DNA of 64,000 nt from a virus (lineage: Duplodnaviria; Caudoviricetes): IMG/VR virus record IMGVR_UViG_2837658290_000001, positions 1,897 through 65,896 of that record; one strand, 5' to 3'. Every line of letters starts with the position of its first letter. Positions within the stretch are counted from its first letter, which is position 1. The notes beneath the pieces were generated by a model. It saw nothing but the letters and a program-made list of their open reading frames with translations. It was not told the DNA's origin and made no database searches. The translations under genes were made by a program, and so were the position numbers. Positions 1 through 10,122 of the stretch are shown piece by piece.

Positions 1-21
1 AACACCGATCTGGAGACGACG

Positions 22-231
22 ATGCAAGAGAAGATCTGCTTCACCCAAAAAGAGCTCGCACGGCGCTGGACGATATCCCACCGGACGCTGGAGCGCTGGC
101 GCTGGACCGGCGAGGGTCCCGCCTTCATGAAAATAGGTGGCCGGATCATCTACCGGCTGGAGGATGTGCTGGCCCATGAACAGGCGCAGCTGCGCCAGCC
201 GGCAGGATGCCTGCGCGCGAGGCTGTCATGA
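22..231 (+). CDS. Excisionase/AlpA-like helix-turn-helix DNA-binding protein
   Basis: 69 aa with TQKELARRW..SHRTLERWR...GP.F.KIGGRI.YR, typical of the HTH_17/Xis family; GGAG RBS upstream. Confidence 0.85.
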   Translation: MQEKICFTQKELARRWTISHRTLERWRWTGEGPAFMKIGGRIIYRLEDVLAHEQAQLRQPAGCLRARLS

Positions 232-551
232 CCGGGCGGGGCGAAGGGCAGGGGGCGCTGTCGGATATCACGCTGCTGGCCTGGGCCGAGGCGGCCGGGC
301 CCGGTGCGCGGCTGGCCTATCACACCGGCTTTCTTGTGGTCGATGTCGCGGAGGCCCTGTCGCGATTGCGCGGGGAGGAGCTGAACCGCCTGCGGGCGGT
401 TGCGGCGGCGGCCTGCCGGTTGTCGGACGCAGGCCGGGTGCATCTCGTGCAGCAGCGTCTCGGACCGGACCGCTTTTCCTATCTCGCCATTGCCCGCCCC
501 CGCAGGGGTGCCGCGGCTGTGCGTGTTGCCGACCTCGTGACGGCCGGCTGA
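228..551 (+). CDS. Conserved phage hypothetical protein
   Basis: ATGA overlap with the previous stop; GC-rich phage-like codon usage; motifs YHTGFL and GRVHLVQQR. Confidence 0.7.
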   Translation: MTGRGEGQGALSDITLLAWAEAAGPGARLAYHTGFLVVDVAEALSRLRGEELNRLRAVAAAACRLSDAGRVHLVQQRLGPDRFSYLAIARPRRGAAAVRVADLVTAG

Positions 552-575
552 TCCATTCAAGTACAGGAGACCTCA

Positions 576-1061
576 ATGACCTATCCCCACAATATTCCGG
601 GTGTGAACGAGATGCTCAGTTTGCCCGCGGGCGAGCTGGCGCAGGTGCCGGTGGAACTGCTGGCTGCGCTGCAGGCGGAGCTGGAGCATGCCGGCAAACA
701 GCTGAAGGCGGCCACGGCGCGGTTCGGCACGGCGCTCGAGGTGCGCTATGCCACCCGTGCGGCCGAGGCGCGGCGCGCCTGTGGCAAAGACACCGGCACG
801 GTCCGGCTTGTGGATGGCGATTATGCCGTGGTGGCCGATCTGTCCAAACGGGTGGACTGGGACCAGGACAAGCTTGCCGGGATCGCTGCCAGCATCGCTG
901 CGGCCGGGGATGATCCGGCCGAGTTCATCGACACGAAGCTGACCGTTGCGGAGCGCAAATACAGCGCTCTGCCCGAAGCCTGGCGCAAGGGGTTCGAGCC
1001 TGCGCGCAGGGTCGGATCCGGCAAGGCGAGCTTCCGGCTCGAGCCGGTGAAGACCCCCTGA
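576..1061 (+). CDS. Phage early protein of the recombination module
   Basis: AGGAG RBS; 161 aa with helical N-terminus and KRVDWDQ motif; lies directly before the AAA ATPase. Confidence 0.7.
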   Translation: MTYPHNIPGVNEMLSLPAGELAQVPVELLAALQAELEHAGKQLKAATARFGTALEVRYATRAAEARRACGKDTGTVRLVDGDYAVVADLSKRVDWDQDKLAGIAASIAAAGDDPAEFIDTKLTVAERKYSALPEAWRKGFEPARRVGSGKASFRLEPVKTP

Positions 1062-1166
1062 ATGCGGCGGCGGGGACGCCCGGACCGCGAGGCTGGGCAG
1101 GCTCCCCTTCGGCGCCCGGTCACCCCCCGCCGCTGCAGATCTTTCTGTCATCTCAAGGAGAGCGCC

Positions 1167-2039
1167 ATGGCATTGCGCATCATCACCGCCGACGAACGAT
1201 TGTCGGCATCTGAAAACAAGACATCGCTGGCGGTGTTCGGTCCGCCGGGTGTGGGCAAGACCACGCTGATCCGGACGCTGCCCGCGGACAAGGCTGTCTG
1301 TCTTGATCTCGAAGCGGGTATGAAATCCGTGCAGGACTGGCGGGGGCCGAGCATCCCGATCCGCAGCTTCAGCGACTTCCGCGATCTTGTGGTCCTGATC
1401 GGAGGCGCCGATCCGTCTCAGCCGGCGGATGGCTTTTACAGCGCCGGGCACTTTGCCCATGTGCAGAAGGCATTTGCCGAAAGCGGGATTGAGGAGTTCC
1501 TGAAGAAACGGACGATCATCTTCGTCGACAGCATCACCGATCTGACGCGCCAGGCGATGGCCTGGGCGAAACAGCAGCCGGAGGCGTTCTCGGACCGGAC
1601 CGGCAAACCGGATATCCGCGGGGCCTACGGGCTTCTGGGCCGCGAGGTGATCCAGGCGCTCAAGCATCTGCAGCACGCCCGCGGCAAGACCGTGATCTTC
1701 GTGGGGGTGCTGGAGAAGGTGACCGACGAGTTCGGCGCCTCCGCCTGGGTGCCGCAGATGGAAGGATCCAAGGCGGGGCGTGAGTTGCCGGGGATCGTCG
1801 ATCAGGTCATCTCGATGCAGCTTTTTGGCCGGGATGCCGAGGGCGGCTGGGTGCTCGACGAACAATCTGCCGAACGCCGTCTGGTCTGCACCTCCGGTAA
1901 TCCCTGGGGGCTGCCCGCGAAGGACCGCTCGGGACGGCTCGATATGACCGAGCCGCCAGACCTCTCTGCGCTGCTGGCCAGGATTGACGGGCGGGGCGCG
2001 CCGGCCGCAGCCCTCACCACTCACAGCACTTCTGTCTGA
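1167..2039 (+). CDS. AAA_24/Sak4-like ATPase (recombination)
   Basis: AAGGAG RBS then ATG at 1167; Walker A GPPGVGKT, IFVDSIT Walker B and C-terminal AKDRSG. Confidence 0.85.
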   Translation: MALRIITADERLSASENKTSLAVFGPPGVGKTTLIRTLPADKAVCLDLEAGMKSVQDWRGPSIPIRSFSDFRDLVVLIGGADPSQPADGFYSAGHFAHVQKAFAESGIEEFLKKRTIIFVDSITDLTRQAMAWAKQQPEAFSDRTGKPDIRGAYGLLGREVIQALKHLQHARGKTVIFVGVLEKVTDEFGASAWVPQMEGSKAGRELPGIVDQVISMQLFGRDAEGGWVLDEQSAERRLVCTSGNPWGLPAKDRSGRLDMTEPPDLSALLARIDGRGAPAAALTTHSTSV

Positions 2040-2058
2040 ACCGGAAAGGATACCTCCG

Positions 2059-2775
2059 ATGAGTTACGATCTGAATGATGCCGCGCCGCAAATGGCGCCG
2101 ATGGGGGAGCTGATCCCCGATGGCACCTTTGCAAAAGTGATGATGAAACTGCGCCCCGGCGGGGCCAATGGCGCGAGCGCACTGGATGCGGGTCTTCTGA
2201 AAGCCTCGCCGCACAGCGATGCGAAGATGCTCGATTGCGAATTCACCGTGACCGAGGGGCCCTGGGCGCGGCGCAAGTTCTGGCAGAACTACACGGTTGC
2301 CGGGGGCAAGCTCGATGAAAAAGGCCAGTCGAAAGGCTGGAACATCTCGAAAAGCGCCTTCCGGGCGATGGTCGACAGCGCGCTTGGGCTCAGCCCTGAC
2401 GATATGAGCGAAGGGGCGCGGGCAAAGCGCGTGATCGGCGGGCTGAAGCAGCTTGACGGGATCATCTTTGCCGCGCGCCTCATGGTGGAGGCCTCGGACA
2501 ATCCGAACTACCGCGACAGCAACAAGATCGCCAATATCGTGCTGCCCAATGAGCCCGCTTATGGGGCGATCATGCGCGGGGAAACGGTGGCGCCCGAGCC
2601 GGTCAATGCACCGCCGCGCAAAGCCGCGGCTCAGGTGCCGCCGGCCTGGGGTGCATCGTCCCCGGCACAGGGCGGATGGTCCGGGGCGCCGCAGAGCCCT
2701 GCAGCTGGGTCACAGCCGGAAAGTGCCGCGCCGGCCGCACCCCCGGGCGGAGCCCCGGCCTGGCTGAACAGCTGA
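2059..2775 (+). CDS. Putative single-stranded DNA-binding protein (DUF669-like)
   Basis: Follows the Sak4-like ATPase; LIPDG, LDCEFTV..G...RKFW motifs; Pro/Ala-rich tail ending PAWL. Confidence 0.7.
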   Translation: MSYDLNDAAPQMAPMGELIPDGTFAKVMMKLRPGGANGASALDAGLLKASPHSDAKMLDCEFTVTEGPWARRKFWQNYTVAGGKLDEKGQSKGWNISKSAFRAMVDSALGLSPDDMSEGARAKRVIGGLKQLDGIIFAARLMVEASDNPNYRDSNKIANIVLPNEPAYGAIMRGETVAPEPVNAPPRKAAAQVPPAWGASSPAQGGWSGAPQSPAAGSQPESAAPAAPPGGAPAWLNS

Positions 2776-2779
2776 GCCT

Positions 2780-3007
2780 ATGAGCCCGGATGAGTGGCAG
2801 GCGCATGTGACGCGCGAAGCGGCAAAGGAGATCGGCACATGGCTCGAGGCCCGCGGGCGGCTGGACCGGCCCATCGCAAGCCTGCGGCTGGGGGATCTCG
2901 ACGCCATGGCGTCGGTGGCCATCAGCCGCTTCATCGTCCTGGCTTCGCGCCGGATCCGGGACGACCCGGGCCGGCATCCCGATCTGGAAAACCTGCTGAT
3001 GGGGTGA
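2780..3007 (+). CDS. Phage hypothetical protein
   Basis: 75-aa ORF tightly packed in the early operon. Confidence 0.6.
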   Translation: MSPDEWQAHVTREAAKEIGTWLEARGRLDRPIASLRLGDLDAMASVAISRFIVLASRRIRDDPGRHPDLENLLMG

Positions 3008-3381
3008 GCCCCGGCGTCTGCGCGATTTGCGGCCGGGAGGCCCGGGGCTTCGGGTTCTGCCTGCGCCTTGAGCGGTCTCGCCACCCTTTCCATCGTTTCT
3101 GTTCGCGCCGGTGTCAGTCCATTGGCGCGGACCTTGCCCGGAGGAGCTTTGGCATGATTGATAAAACCGCCCGCGAGGCACAGGCCATTCGCGATGCCCG
3201 CAAGGATTTTGCCGAAGCGCTGACGGCGCTCGGCCTGATGGCGCCGTTCTTTGACCGCACGGCTGCCGAGATCGATCAGCTGATCGAGGCGGCGGTCACC
3301 GGCTACATCGCGAGTATGCAGGCGCAGGGCGCGCGATCTGAGCGCGATGGCCGCGTGCCTGACGACCCTATCCCCTTTTGA
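3004..3381 (+). CDS. DUF6511-like protein with N-terminal Cys cluster
   Basis: GTGA overlap at 3004; CAIC...FCSRRC then MIDKT..E..A; ends DDPIPF. Confidence 0.65.
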   Translation: MSPGVCAICGREARGFGFCLRLERSRHPFHRFCSRRCQSIGADLARRSFGMIDKTAREAQAIRDARKDFAEALTALGLMAPFFDRTAAEIDQLIEAAVTGYIASMQAQGARSERDGRVPDDPIPF

Positions 3382-3389
3382 GGTGCACC

Positions 3390-4184
3390 ATGATTGACCT
3401 GAACCACGGCTCAGGCGCGCAGTATGGGCCGCCCGCACCCCTTCCCGACATCACCACATCCCTGGGGGCTGTCATCGACACCGCACTGCGGTCGCGCAAT
3501 GGTGCTGAGCGACCCCGGACCTATGTCAGCTCCTCGGGGTTGGGACGCGCCTGCCTGCGTCAGATCCAGTATGACTTCCTGGCGGTGCCGAAAGACGAGG
3601 GGCAGGAGTTCGCCCCGAAGACGCTGAGGATATTCGAAGCGGGCCATCGCGGCGAGGATATGGTGGCGGGCTGGCTGCGGCTGGCCGGGTTTGATCTGCG
3701 CACCGAACGCGCTGATGGGCGCCAGTTCGGGTTCTCCGCTCTGGGAGGGCGGTTCAAAGGGCATATCGACGGCTGTCTGGTCAGCGGTCCGGTTGCCATG
3801 GACTATCCGGCGCTCTGGGAGACCAAGGCGCTTGGAGCGTCGAGCTGGAAGGATACGGTCAAACGGGGTGTTGCGGTGTCAAAGCCGGTCTATGCGGCGC
3901 AGATCGCGCTTTATCAGGCCTATCTCGATCTGCCCCATCCGGCGCTCTTTACCGCGCTCAACCGCGACACGATGGAACTCTATGCCGAGCTGGTGCCATT
4001 CGATGCCGCTCTTGCGCAGCAGATGAGTGATCGGGCGGTCACGGTCGTCCGGGCGTCGCAGACGCAGGACTTGCTGCCGCGTGAAGCGGCCGCGCCCACA
4101 TCGGTTGTCTGCAAAGGTGGAATGGCGGCGGGGCACTGGCACCCGCCCTGTGCCTGGGCAAAGCGATGCTGGAGGGACGCATGA
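3390..4184 (+). CDS. Cas4/RecB-like PD-(D/E)XK exonuclease
   Basis: GHIDG, WETK and QxxLYQ motifs; one N-terminal and three C-terminal Cys (Fe-S staple pattern). Confidence 0.85.
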   Translation: MIDLNHGSGAQYGPPAPLPDITTSLGAVIDTALRSRNGAERPRTYVSSSGLGRACLRQIQYDFLAVPKDEGQEFAPKTLRIFEAGHRGEDMVAGWLRLAGFDLRTERADGRQFGFSALGGRFKGHIDGCLVSGPVAMDYPALWETKALGASSWKDTVKRGVAVSKPVYAAQIALYQAYLDLPHPALFTALNRDTMELYAELVPFDAALAQQMSDRAVTVVRASQTQDLLPREAAAPTSVVCKGGMAAGHWHPPCAWAKRCWRDA

Positions 4185-5500
4185 CCAGCTTTACCCCATC
4201 GGCGCAACAGGCGGCGGCTATGCGGGCGATCAGAACCTGGTTCGAAACCCGCACGCACGACCAGCAGGTGTTCCGGTTGTTTGGCTATGCCGGCAGCGGC
4301 AAATCCACGGTTCTCAGGTTCGCCCTCGGGGAGCTGGGCCTTTCGCCTCACCGCAGCGCACGGGACGGGATCTGTGTGCCCGGTGTTGTCACGGCGACCT
4401 TTACCGGCAAGGCGGCGCTGGTTCTGAGCCGCAAGGGAACGCCCGCGCGCACGATCCACAGCCTGATCTATTCCGTGGCGGAGGCGACGGAAGAGGAGAT
4501 TGAGGCCGCGGCGCAGAAGCTGCGCGAGGCCGAAGTGAGCATCCGGACCCTGAGCGGGTTTGACCGTACCGCTGCCGAGGCCGGGATCGAGGCAATGCGT
4601 CAGGCGCTTTCGGCGATGAAGAAACCGCGCTTTGCGCTGAACCCGCAGAGCGATGCGGCGGATGCGCGGCTGATCGTGCTCGATGAGGTATCGATGGTGG
4701 GGGAAGACATGGCGCGTGATCTGATGAGCTTCCGCAAACCCATTCTGGTGCTGGGGGATCCGGGGCAATTGCCGCCGATCAAAGGCGAGGGCGCCTTCAC
4801 CAATGTGGAGCCCGACATCATGCTGACGGAGATCCACCGTCAGGCAGCCGGGAGCGCGATCATTCGCCTGGCCACCATGGCGCGCGAAGGCCGGCCGATC
4901 GGCTTTGGCCGCTATGACGCCCATGTCGCCCGGATGCGCAAGGGCGACATCACGCCGGATCAGGCCCTGCGGGGTGGGCAGCTCATCTGCGGGATGAACG
5001 CAACGCGTCTGCAGCTGAACAATGCGATGCGTGCGGCGGCAGGGCTGGCAGGGGGCATGCTGCCCTCGGGGCCTGCGGAAAAGATCATCTGCCTGAAGAA
5101 CCAGAATGATCTCGGGCTCATCAACGGCATGTTCATCTCGCTTGAGGACATAGTCGACGAGGGCAGCCAGTACTTCTCTGCGATCGTCCGTGATGAGGAC
5201 GGCCGCCATGTCGGGGCCCCGGACGCCAGGGGCGGGCCGGGCCGTCTGCGCCTCTACAAGGGGCATTTTGAGGACCATCTGTCCTTCGACCGGAATCGCC
5301 ATGACCGGGACTGGAAGGAGAAGAAGCACCTGACCGAGGCGACATTCGGCTGGGCAATCACGGCGCACAAGGCTCAGGGGTCGCAATGGGAGAATGTGAT
5401 TGTCTGGGATGATGGGTTGGGGCGCAGCGAGACCGACCGCCGCCGCTGGCTTTACACAGCCATCACCCGGGCCGAGCGTGGCCTGGTACTCCTCGCCTGA
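4181..5500 (+). CDS. RecD/Dda-like SF1B DNA helicase
   Basis: GYAGSGKS, DEVSM, GDPGQLPP, TAHKAQGSQW and YTAITRA motifs; ATGA overlap. Confidence 0.92.
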   Translation: MTSFTPSAQQAAAMRAIRTWFETRTHDQQVFRLFGYAGSGKSTVLRFALGELGLSPHRSARDGICVPGVVTATFTGKAALVLSRKGTPARTIHSLIYSVAEATEEEIEAAAQKLREAEVSIRTLSGFDRTAAEAGIEAMRQALSAMKKPRFALNPQSDAADARLIVLDEVSMVGEDMARDLMSFRKPILVLGDPGQLPPIKGEGAFTNVEPDIMLTEIHRQAAGSAIIRLATMAREGRPIGFGRYDAHVARMRKGDITPDQALRGGQLICGMNATRLQLNNAMRAAAGLAGGMLPSGPAEKIICLKNQNDLGLINGMFISLEDIVDEGSQYFSAIVRDEDGRHVGAPDARGGPGRLRLYKGHFEDHLSFDRNRHDRDWKEKKHLTEATFGWAITAHKAQGSQWENVIVWDDGLGRSETDRRRWLYTAITRAERGLVLLA

Positions 5501-5511
5501 GGTGCGTCCCG

Positions 5512-8064
5512 GTGATTGATCTCAACGATGTCTACGTGCCCTCAGCCCGCCCTGATCTGGGTGTCGTCCGGGACAGGCTGGCGGCGACAGCCCGTGACTG
5601 GCTGCCGGGGCTGTTTCCCGAGGCACGGCTGACCCATGACCGGCGCGCCCTGCGCTGCGCGGATCTGTCGGGGCGCCGTGCCCGCGCCGAGGGCTCCTGT
5701 CTCATCCATCTCGACGGGCCTTATGCGGGCTGGGGATTTGATTTTGCCACGGGCGAGCGCGCGGGGCCGATCGACCTCATTTATCATGCCACGGGCCTGT
5801 GTGACGGGCGGCTCTATGAGGAAGCGGCCCGGCTGGCGCAGATGGCGCGCGACGTGCCGGGGAGGCCGGATGCACCGCGACGCCCTGACCACAGCCTGGA
5901 AATCCGCCGGATCCTCGATGGCTGTGCCCCATTGGCAGGCAGTGTGGCGCAGGCCTACCTGCAGTCGCGGGGGCTGGCCGCCCCCCGGTCACCGGACCTG
6001 CTCTTCCATCCCGATCTGACAGATTATGACAGCCGACGTGGCTGGCCGGGCATGGTGGCGATCCCGCGTCTGGCCAATGGCGAAGCTGCCGGTGGCCTGC
6101 ACCGTACCTTCCTGCTCGATGACGGCAGCGGTAAGGCGCCGGCTGGCAAGAAGATGCTGGGATCTGTTGGCGGAGCAGCCGTGCGGCTCCTTCCGATGGC
6201 GGAGGACGGGCATCTTGGCGTTGCCGAGGGGATCGAGACGGCGCTCGCAGCCCGGGCGATATTCGGCATTCCGGTCTGGGCGGCACTTTCCGCCGATGGC
6301 GTGGCGCGGTTCCAATGGCCCGAAGGCACGCGGCGCGTCACGATCTTTGCCGATGCGGGCGCCGCCGGGCGTCAGGCTGCGGCCGGTTTGTCGGACCGCC
6401 TGAACAGGGCGGATATCCCGAACGGGATTGTTGCTCCGCTGCATGGCGATGACTTCAACGACGATCTGCTCAAAGGGGCCCTGAAACCCGATTACGATAT
6501 TGGGGCGTTTGTGCCGGATGTTCAGCCTGCGGTCACTGCTGCGGCGCCCGACCCGGAACACCCGGCCGGGGCGCTGGCCGCTGCGACAGAGGCGCTGACG
6601 AACCCGCCCGATCTGACGGATCTCGGAAGCCTCATGGGGCGCGTTGTCATGGCGCGGCTCGAGCCGATGGAAGAGCGCCATGTGCTGTCGCTGATCAAGG
6701 CCCGCACGGGCATCGCCATGTCGATCCTCGATAAGCAACTCGGTGTGCTGCGGCGCCGGCTCAACAGCTCCGGCGATCTTTTGAAACCGGTGGCGCGCCC
6801 CGCCTGGGCCAGCCGGTTGCGGCTGGACCTTTCCGGCACGCCCGAACGCAATGAGGCCAATGTCATCATCGCGCTCGGTTCCGACCCGGCCTTCGCTGGT
6901 GCAATCGCCTTTGACGAGTTCCGCCAGGAGGTGGTGGTGCTGCGTCCCATGCCCTGGGAGGAGGCAGAAACCGATTGCCCGCGGCCCTGGGAGGACAGCG
7001 ACGACATCCGGCTGGCAGAATGGCTGCAGCATCGGGAGGTCAATGTTGCACCGCTGGTCGTGGGGCGCTCGGTGGGTGCCGTCGCACGCGAACATCGCAT
7101 TCATCCGGTGCGCGCCTATCTCGATCTGCTGCAATGGGATGGCGTGCCCCGTATCGAGACCTGGACCAGCCGCTATCTCGGGGCAGAGCCCACCGATCTG
7201 AGCCACGCGATGGGCAGCCTCTGGCTGATCTCGGCGGTCGCGCGCATTTGTCGTCCCGGTGTGAAAGCCGACCACATGCTGATCCTTGAAGGTCAACAGG
7301 GCGCGCGTAAATCCACAGCGCTGAAGATCCTTGCCGGGGAGGACTGGTTTACCGACGAGCTGCCCGATCTGGGCTCCAAGGATGCGGCCATTCACATGCA
7401 GGGGGTCTGGATCGTGGAGATTGCCGAGCTCGATGCCATCGGCCGGGCCGAGGTCTCGCGGATCAAGGCCTTCCTCACGCGCACCACTGACCGGTTCCGC
7501 CCCCCTTATGGTCGCCACACCGTCGAGATCAGGCGCCAGTGCGTCTTTGCCGGCACCGTAAATCCTGACACCTACCTGCGCGATGAAACCGGCAACCGCC
7601 GCTTCTGGCCGATCCGCTGCGGCGAGATCGACATCGAGGCGCTCCGCCGGGATCGCGATCAGCTCTGGGCCGAGGCTGTGGCCCGCTTCAGGGCCGGGGC
7701 CATCTGGTGGCTGGAAGACCGGGATCTGCTCAAAGCTGCGCGCGACGAGCAGGACAAGCGATACCAGTCCGATGCCTGGGATGGGCTGATCGATCGCTGG
7801 CTCACCCATGAAATCCGGGTCGTCGGCGACAGCTTCTCCTCCTTTGATCCGCCCCGGCGGGAAAGCGTGCTGCGTCGCGAGCCGCTGGGGGATGTCTCTG
7901 TCGGGGAAATCCTTGAAGAAGCCATCGGGATTGAGCCAGCGCGCTGGAACCGTGTCGATCAGATGCGCGTGTCCGGGTACCTGAAGAAAAACGGATGGGA
8001 ACGGTACCGGACGTATGACGTCGTTGATGGCAAAACGGCGCGGGAGTGGCGGTATCGGAGGTGA
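5512..8064 (+). CDS. TOPRIM primase fused to VapE-type helicase/ATPase (replication protein)
   Basis: AEGIETAL, FADAG and DFND TOPRIM motifs; GQQGARKST Walker A; D..R.PYG and DETGNRRFWP VapE motifs. Confidence 0.92.
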   Translation: MIDLNDVYVPSARPDLGVVRDRLAATARDWLPGLFPEARLTHDRRALRCADLSGRRARAEGSCLIHLDGPYAGWGFDFATGERAGPIDLIYHATGLCDGRLYEEAARLAQMARDVPGRPDAPRRPDHSLEIRRILDGCAPLAGSVAQAYLQSRGLAAPRSPDLLFHPDLTDYDSRRGWPGMVAIPRLANGEAAGGLHRTFLLDDGSGKAPAGKKMLGSVGGAAVRLLPMAEDGHLGVAEGIETALAARAIFGIPVWAALSADGVARFQWPEGTRRVTIFADAGAAGRQAAAGLSDRLNRADIPNGIVAPLHGDDFNDDLLKGALKPDYDIGAFVPDVQPAVTAAAPDPEHPAGALAAATEALTNPPDLTDLGSLMGRVVMARLEPMEERHVLSLIKARTGIAMSILDKQLGVLRRRLNSSGDLLKPVARPAWASRLRLDLSGTPERNEANVIIALGSDPAFAGAIAFDEFRQEVVVLRPMPWEEAETDCPRPWEDSDDIRLAEWLQHREVNVAPLVVGRSVGAVAREHRIHPVRAYLDLLQWDGVPRIETWTSRYLGAEPTDLSHAMGSLWLISAVARICRPGVKADHMLILEGQQGARKSTALKILAGEDWFTDELPDLGSKDAAIHMQGVWIVEIAELDAIGRAEVSRIKAFLTRTTDRFRPPYGRHTVEIRRQCVFAGTVNPDTYLRDETGNRRFWPIRCGEIDIEALRRDRDQLWAEAVARFRAGAIWWLEDRDLLKAARDEQDKRYQSDAWDGLIDRWLTHEIRVVGDSFSSFDPPRRESVLRREPLGDVSVGEILEEAIGIEPARWNRVDQMRVSGYLKKNGWERYRTYDVVDGKTAREWRYRR

Positions 8065-8169
8065 CAAGCCGATGGCTGAATATCTTTCAGTAGCTATTCT
8101 CCGTGTGAGTAGACGGCTCAATCTTTTCAGTTTGTTTCGCCGCAGAGATATCGCGAAATAAAAATTTTG

Positions 8170-9798
8170 TCATTTTCTTATTCCAAGAGCTGCAAAAAGC
8201 ATTGGGTGAACGCTAAACTTGGTAGAGGCTTCAATCTGGTGTGGTGAAACTGGGCGAGCGGAATCATAGATCCAATCCCAAGGGCGATCCTCTCTCAATT
8301 TTAATCCAATTGCTCCAATCAAATGAAGTCGATAAAGAGCCTCTTGCGCCAGCTCGGCAGCCTCAAGGTTTATATTGCCGTTGACATAATCGACCAATTT
8401 CTTCCATAGGTCGTCGTTATGGCAATCGGATTTTTTACCAAGCGCATCGTATAGTTCTTCCAGAAGCTTGCTGTGCATCAATTCTGAAGCACTACGATAA
8501 GCTGGTTTTCCTCTTAGAATTTCAATTACTTCACTAATTGCCGGGAAGGTTCCTGACCATTCGTGGATTAATGTTTCGTGTCGAAGGTTGGAGTAGTTAG
8601 ATTCTCCTCGCAAGAATGCATTTTTACTTACCGCTGATTTTCCCTCTGCAGCTTGTAAGGCCAAGTTGATAAAGTTTATTACATCTCGCGGCCGGTTCAG
8701 TGTGCGCGCGACGAGATACTCCCAAGGTGCAGTGCGTGTGTCGGGGTATTGTTTGAAGACATCGTCAAATGAAACATTTTCGGAAGAGTATTTCCACCTA
8801 AATAGTTCTCTAATTCGTTTTTCAGCCAAAGTTCGAAGTTGCGACTTCGACCACCTTAACCGTATGATCAGGTCTTCATATTTTTCAATCTGACGTTGGG
8901 ATGACGGTGTTTCCTGTACCATGCGAATGTACAGATCATTTCGCAAAGCAACGGCGACTTGAAAATTTCTCAGTTTTTTTAAGCTTTTTAGGCACTCAAA
9001 CAGCGATTGAAGCAGTTGAAATTTTATATCGTCATCAACCCAGTGCTCGTCCAGCCCATCGACTGTAATATAGAATTTATCTTGCCGGTCGCGCGTATAA
9101 TCTGAGAGTGCAGAGATTACAGTGGGTAATTCAGATATGGTTATGTCGTTCAAAAACTTTTTAGCTCTCTGTTGTAGTTGGACTTTCTGCTGACTTCCGA
9201 GGCTGTGAAGATAGCCAGCTTTCCCGACAAATTTCTTCATTTCGCCGCCAAAGTTGGTGCTAAATTCACGTTCAAGTGAATCGGAAAGTTCAATCACGTT
9301 CTCGTCAACAGTATTCCAAAACTGGTCCTCATGATCGTTAACAAACTTTTCGAGTTTCTCTCGCTGTTTGCTGCGTGTTATCGCATCAAAGATTTTCGAT
9401 ATCTTAAATCTAAACTGGTCTTTACTAGGCGCCTCTAATGCGATGCGTATGTATTCGATACAAAAAACATGCTTCCACAGAGCTTGAAAAAATAGAGTCA
9501 GATCAACATCTAGTCCTTGGAGAAATGCAATTGTATCGCTGTTTGCAATATGGTTCATAGCCATATCGTGGACGATCAATTCAGAGCAATTCTCCAAATT
9601 CCGCCCCATCATTCTTAGGATGGCAGTTTTTCCAGCCCCAGTGCTTCCCAGCAAAAATGTGCTTGGGCTGTTTGTGTCGATTAGATCGCTGTATGATGGA
9701 TGGTCTACGAAACATTTAAAAAGAAATTCATCATCGTGCTCGGCGCCATTTTGTCCGATATTGACACCCTCTTTTAGAACTATTTTGTTTGCGTTCAT
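8170..9798 (-). CDS. Low-GC P-loop ATPase (Sll1717/FunZ-like), candidate anti-phage cargo
   Basis: 542 aa; G...AE.D near the N-terminus, GSTGAGKT, ITVDGLDE, ALRND and RPRDVI; sharp GC drop; opposite strand to the phage operon. Confidence 0.8.
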   Translation of the reverse strand: MNANKIVLKEGVNIGQNGAEHDDEFLFKCFVDHPSYSDLIDTNSPSTFLLGSTGAGKTAILRMMGRNLENCSELIVHDMAMNHIANSDTIAFLQGLDVDLTLFFQALWKHVFCIEYIRIALEAPSKDQFRFKISKIFDAITRSKQREKLEKFVNDHEDQFWNTVDENVIELSDSLEREFSTNFGGEMKKFVGKAGYLHSLGSQQKVQLQQRAKKFLNDITISELPTVISALSDYTRDRQDKFYITVDGLDEHWVDDDIKFQLLQSLFECLKSLKKLRNFQVAVALRNDLYIRMVQETPSSQRQIEKYEDLIIRLRWSKSQLRTLAEKRIRELFRWKYSSENVSFDDVFKQYPDTRTAPWEYLVARTLNRPRDVINFINLALQAAEGKSAVSKNAFLRGESNYSNLRHETLIHEWSGTFPAISEVIEILRGKPAYRSASELMHSKLLEELYDALGKKSDCHNDDLWKKLVDYVNGNINLEAAELAQEALYRLHLIGAIGLKLREDRPWDWIYDSARPVSPHQIEASTKFSVHPMLFAALGIRK

Positions 9799-9895
9799 CT
9801 AAGTCTCTTTGATTGTAGCGTTTTATTTTTCTGGATGTGCGTTTTGCTTGATATGCGGACACTCGCCGCCGGATCGGTAGAATGCCGCCTCTTTC

Positions 9896-10031
9896 TTATC
9901 CAGAACTGGGAAGATCGACCAAGGGATCGATGAGACCATAGAGGCCCCGTGAATCTCGGGGTGCCTGAATGGTCGGCAGAGGTGTTGCTTCGAGAAGATG
10001 AGCAAGCAGATCTTCAGCAAAGAAGTGCATT
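9896..10031 (-). pseudogene. Possible truncated GIY-YIG-like nuclease fragment
   Basis: Short frame ...APRDSRGLYGLID... resembles a GIY-YIG N-terminus but ends before any YIG motif. Confidence 0.3.
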
Positions 10032-10122
10032 GAAAGGCTCCGGATCAAATTGCCAGCGGCGGATGGCGCTGAGCGCACAGAATGACGTTGCCCCCGAACC
10101 TTAATCCGGGGGCTGCGTGGTA

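Noticed and set aside
3390-4184. Cas4-like gene as evidence of CRISPR-Cas
   Set aside because: No cas1/cas2 and no repeat-spacer array; it is a solo nuclease in a phage recombination module.
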